Virus record (IMG/VR): IMGVR_UViG_3300030943_000012
Direction: 5' to 3' (one strand)
DNA: 20,000 nt
Origin: an uncultured virus (IMG/VR IMGVR_UViG_3300030943_000012)
Taxonomy: Duplodnaviria; Heunggongvirae; Uroviricota; Caudoviricetes
Under the pieces are notes generated by a model. That model worked only from the letters and a program-made list of their open reading frames with translations, made no database searches and was not told the DNA's origin. Of the stretch, positions 16,810 through 20,000 are shown piece by piece. Positions within the stretch are counted from its first letter, which is position 1. The number at the start of each line of letters is the position of its first letter. The position numbers and the translations under genes are program-made.

Positions 16810-16998
16810 TCAGTAGTCGTGGCCGCGCCGGGGACGGCAACAGCTCACGACACCCATTTCTTCGGTTGTCTTCATCGTCGTCTGCGCGCCGGACTTGCTG
16901 CCTTCGCGCGGCGTCTGGTGGACGCGAACGGGCGTATCCATCTCGGTGGTTAAGCCGGATGGCATCTTCACGTCGCTCTTGAAAATATTGCAGCCCAT
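16810..16998 (-). CDS. Small hypothetical protein (62 aa)
   Basis: ATG at 16998 overlaps the upstream TGA (TGATG) with a GGGAG RBS; reads MGCNIFKSDVKMPSGLTTEMDTPVRVH... Confidence 0.65.
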   Translation of the reverse strand: MGCNIFKSDVKMPSGLTTEMDTPVRVHQTPREGSKSGAQTTMKTTEEMGVVSCCRPRRGHDY

Positions 16999-17423
16999 CA
17001 CGCGGCTCCCGCCATCGGCGGAGCGCCACCGCCGCCGGGGGGCGTCATACGCTGCTGCTTGAGCTGCTGCGCGGTGGCCTGGTTCTGCGTGTTGCGCATC
17101 TGGGCCTGCTCGAGCATGTTCTTCTCGGCGGCGGGCGAGACGGTGCCGGCCGGTACCATGCCCACGAGGATGTTGAGCACCTTGAGCAGTTTCTGGCCGA
17201 TCTCGGAGGTCGCGCCGACCATGTTCATGGCGTCCTGGACCTGCTTGATGAAGACGCCGACGCGCTGCATGGCGGCAGCTTCGTAGCCGGCATTCGGCGT
17301 GGCCTGCGAGGCGGACGAGCCGCCGAACGGCTCCTTGCCGGGCATGCCCGCTGCGGGAGGACCGCCAGCCGACGCGGGCGGCATGCCGCCCGGCGGTTTC
17401 GGAGCCATCGCTTGAGGTGCCAT
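16998..17423 (-). CDS. Pro/Gly/Met-rich hypothetical head-module protein (about 141 aa)
   Basis: Likely start ATG 17423 (MAPQAMAPKPPGG; 17408 is an alternative). Central helical hairpin flanked by low-complexity termini. Confidence 0.65.
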   Translation of the reverse strand: MAPQAMAPKPPGGMPPASAGGPPAAGMPGKEPFGGSSASQATPNAGYEAAAMQRVGVFIKQVQDAMNMVGATSEIGQKLLKVLNILVGMVPAGTVSPAAEKNMLEQAQMRNTQNQATAQQLKQQRMTPPGGGGAPPMAGAA

Positions 17424-17549
17424 TGCCACGTCGTGAAGCCCTGCTAGGAAATGTGCCCTTAAACTCCACGGTGGCGAGGTTTTACACAATCCGCGCTGTT
17501 AGGAACCGGTTCCCTTGTGTTCCCCTGTGGTCTTTGGTATGACTTCGGC
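17424..17549. promoter_or_regulatory. Divergent intergenic control region with a palindrome, 10-bp tandem repeats and a candidate rightward promoter
   Basis: Largest non-coding gap in the window. Perfect palindrome GGAACCGGTTCC at 17502-17513; repeats GTTCCCTTGT / GTTCCCCTGT at 17509-17528; TTGTGT (17515-17520) -17 nt- TATGAC (17538-17543) with a TG extension. Confidence 0.55.
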
Positions 17550-17744
17550 ATGGCGGAAGAACACGTAGCGCTCACGGTGAAGGAGGCGGCCTACAAGGCG
17601 CGCGTCAGCACTAAGTTTTTCTACGCGCTGATCGGCAAACGGCTCGGGCCGCCCGTGAAGCGCATCGGAGATCGCATCGTGATCCCCGCCGAATCGTTCT
17701 ACATCTGGCTCAACACACCAACGAAACCCAAGGGAAAACGATAA
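17550..17744 (+). CDS. Excisionase/MerR-like winged-HTH DNA-binding protein (64 aa)
   Basis: LTVKEAAYKARVSTKFFYALI...PPVKRIGDRIVIP...WL matches the Xis / HTH_17 pattern. ATG 17550 is preferred over the track's GTG at 17517. Confidence 0.8.
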   Translation: MAEEHVALTVKEAAYKARVSTKFFYALIGKRLGPPVKRIGDRIVIPAESFYIWLNTPTKPKGKR

Positions 17745-18100
17745 TGCACAGCGTCACGATTTGGTTTGGGCCCGCAGCGGCGGTTACGACGCTTTTGTTC
17801 AAGAACGAAAACAGAGCGGCGGAAACCTTCGACTTTCTGTCCGGAGAAGCCAAATCAGCGGTTCTTTCGGATGAGTTCGGGCAGCGCATTTTTGTGCGGC
17901 TCGGCGATATCAACGCGCTGCTACTCGAAGACATGACCCTTTCGGTCGATGCGAAGGTGGAAGCGGCGCTATACACCGCTCGCGGGCAAGCCAAGGCCGA
18001 GACCCGCGCGAAGGAAGATCCGGTTCTCCTTGCCGCCGCGCGTAGCAGGAATCAGGGTCCGGCGGTCTACACGCCGGGTGGGATGAACGGGAGGGCGTGA
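17744..18100 (+). CDS. Hypothetical protein (118 aa)
   Basis: TAATG coupling to the HTH gene with an AAGGGA RBS; globular alpha/beta N-domain and a helical tail. Confidence 0.75.
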   Translation: MHSVTIWFGPAAAVTTLLFKNENRAAETFDFLSGEAKSAVLSDEFGQRIFVRLGDINALLLEDMTLSVDAKVEAALYTARGQAKAETRAKEDPVLLAAARSRNQGPAVYTPGGMNGRA

Positions 18101-18285
18101 TGAGTCAGGAATATCGCGACTACTGCAACGCCAATTTCAGTCCTGAAGATGTCCCCGAACCGGAATGCCCGCAGTGTGGTGGGTCGGGGTGGACGGTGGT
18201 AACCGTCGACAACTGTGATTATGAAACGATCGCCTGTCCAAATCACTTTCATCATCCCGAAAACAAAGCTCCTATTTCTTCTTGA
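18097..18285 (+). CDS. Small zinc-finger protein (about 62 aa)
   Basis: GGAGG RBS and GTGA/TGATG overlap; CPQCGGSGW...IACPNHFH; overlaps the convergent portal 3' end by 14 nt. Confidence 0.65.
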   Translation: MMSQEYRDYCNANFSPEDVPEPECPQCGGSGWTVVTVDNCDYETIACPNHFHHPENKAPISS

Positions 18286-19999
18286 ACTGCGCCTCAAGCA
18301 CTTTGCCCTGCACCTCGGAGGGCATCTGCTTGAGGGCGTCCAGCATCTCTTTCTGCTGGGCGGCGCCCGCGGCCTGCTTGTTCTTCAGGGCGGTGATCGC
18401 GACTTCCTTGTTCGGGAAGGCAAGGTTGTTGATCATGTACTCGCCATCGACATCGCCGATCTTGCGCGCCTGGAAGATCAGCTGGGTCGCCTCATCCGAG
18501 AAGATCGGGCTCGACGAGTGGCTGTCAACGGTGACACGGTAGTCGTCCGGCAGCTGCGACAGCAGGAACTTGGTCTCCTCGGCCTTGTCCGGCGTCGATC
18601 CGTCGGTCCAGTAGAATTTCGGATCCTTCGCCCGGCGCAGCTCGAACGACTTGCCGGCCGCGGCCGCCAGCTGGCGCTCGACCAGCAAAGCGCGGTCGCG
18701 CTGGGTCGGCGAGGCCGTCTTGAGCAGGGTGTTGAGCTGAACGCCGGCGCGCACACCCTGATCGCCCTGGCCCTGCATGACAGGCGGGAAACCGCCGATC
18801 ATGTTGATGATCTCGAGACAGAAGCGCAGCAGGGGCAGCGCCTCGGGCGGGATCTTGGGGGTCATGTCCTTGACGTCGGCGCCCTGCGGCAAGTTGATGT
18901 AGCCGGCGCCGCGGAACTGGCCGTACATCTCGTCAGTGATATTGCCGTCGCCGGTGAAGCCGATCAGCTTGTCGACCTGCAGGCCGTACATGCGCTTGAG
19001 GTCGTCGGCCCACACCGACAGCAGCGCTTGCGGCTCAATGAGATCCACGAGCTCCGACCGGCCCCAAGTCCAGTTGGTGACCTCGTTGGGCTGGATCAGG
19101 TCGTAAGGCTGCTGGCGCTTGATGCCCAGCAGGTTCGATTTCTTGAACAGCGGCGCGATCAGGATGTCCGGCTCGATCATCTGGACCGTCACGTAGTCGT
19201 CCTCGCCCTTCACCCACAACTCGTGGAACTGGACGGTGTCGACGGCGACCGTGGGCCCCATCATCGCGTAATTCGGGTCGTTGTTGAGCTGGACGATGCC
19301 GCCCGGCACCGGGTTCGTCATGCCCTGAACGCCGGTGTTGAGCTGGGAGGTCGACAGCACCTGATGGAAGAACGAATCGGGGCCCGTCCCGCTGTTTCCG
19401 ATGCCGGCATGCGCCTTGATGCGCTCGAAAAGCTCCTTGGCGTTCGGCAGGTAGTAAATTCGCTTCCAAACTTCGGGCAAGGTGAGCGCCGAGGTCTCGA
19501 CGATCGCCTCCTGCTTGTTCAGATCGTTCTCATCCTCGCGGTAGAGCCCGATTTGCCATGGCATGACCAGTTTTCGCTGGAAAACCGGCTTGTCCCACTC
19601 GGTTTCGGTCCATTGCTTGAGAAAAGTGGCCCCGTATTTCAAGGAATCGACCACGCCGCGGCCCCACAGCACGTCGGCGGACACCGCATCGCGGCCCCAT
19701 TCGCGCGAAAGGATCTTGCCGGCTTGCTTGGCGCGGTCGATCTCGCGCTGGGGGTAGGGGTTCTCGTAGTCGACCGAGAATTTCAGCTCGACCGGGCTGT
19801 AGAGATGGGCCGCCAGGCGCGTGACGTGGCTCGGCAGCGTGTTGATCAGGGATTTGGTCCCGTCGTAGCGCCCGGTCTCGTAGATCGCGCTCAGCAGCCT
19901 GTAATAGGACGACCGCATGCCCACGCTGACGCGGCATTTCTCGATCAGATCGTTGCAGAAGGCGATCAGCTCGGGTTTGCCGGTCGGAAGCTCGATCAT
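18272..19999 (-). CDS. Portal protein (575 aa; start at the window edge)
   Basis: Size and position at the head of the module; podoviral portal-like motifs VVDSLKYGATFLK, WGRSELVDLIEPQ, GFPPVMQGQGDQGVR and YRVTVDSHSSSP. Confidence 0.85.
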   Translation of the reverse strand: MIELPTGKPELIAFCNDLIEKCRVSVGMRSSYYRLLSAIYETGRYDGTKSLINTLPSHVTRLAAHLYSPVELKFSVDYENPYPQREIDRAKQAGKILSREWGRDAVSADVLWGRGVVDSLKYGATFLKQWTETEWDKPVFQRKLVMPWQIGLYREDENDLNKQEAIVETSALTLPEVWKRIYYLPNAKELFERIKAHAGIGNSGTGPDSFFHQVLSTSQLNTGVQGMTNPVPGGIVQLNNDPNYAMMGPTVAVDTVQFHELWVKGEDDYVTVQMIEPDILIAPLFKKSNLLGIKRQQPYDLIQPNEVTNWTWGRSELVDLIEPQALLSVWADDLKRMYGLQVDKLIGFTGDGNITDEMYGQFRGAGYINLPQGADVKDMTPKIPPEALPLLRFCLEIINMIGGFPPVMQGQGDQGVRAGVQLNTLLKTASPTQRDRALLVERQLAAAAGKSFELRRAKDPKFYWTDGSTPDKAEETKFLLSQLPDDYRVTVDSHSSSPIFSDEATQLIFQARKIGDVDGEYMINNLAFPNKEVAITALKNKQAAGAAQQKEMLDALKQMPSEVQGKVLEAQFKKK

Positions 20000-20000
20000 C

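Noticed and set aside
17550..17744. HTH gene as a true excisionase marking a prophage attachment site
   Set aside because: No integrase, tRNA or att-like repeat is in the window, and the flanks are core virion genes. A regulatory role is more plausible.
1..20000. Gene transfer agent, tailocin or contractile injection system
   Set aside because: No sheath, tube, baseplate or tape-measure gene is present. The portal-scaffold-capsid-adaptor-nozzle-ejection order fits a podovirus.

Overview
The window is a GC-rich segment of a tailed dsDNA phage or prophage with a podovirus-like (short-tail, P22/T7/SU10-type) virion morphogenesis module, almost all on the minus strand and tightly packed. Gene order from right to left: portal; a three-gene plus-strand cassette (Xis/MerR-like HTH, hypothetical, small Zn-finger); three small head-region proteins; probable scaffold; major capsid protein; a G-x-G-Y-repeat structural protein; two paralogous head-tail adaptors; tail nozzle; short fibre; a His-repeat protein; two GNAT-like proteins; and three ejection/internal virion proteins, the first two separated by a low-GC two-gene insert. 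No tape measure, sheath, integrase, RNA gene or CRISPR array is visible. Main points of interest: the duplicated adaptor (one copy with an inserted domain), the divergent HTH cassette splitting the head operon with candidate operators and a possible leaderless promoter, the direct-repeat-flanked insert, and the His-repeat plus double-GNAT block. All functions are inferred from motifs and gene order; no database search was run.
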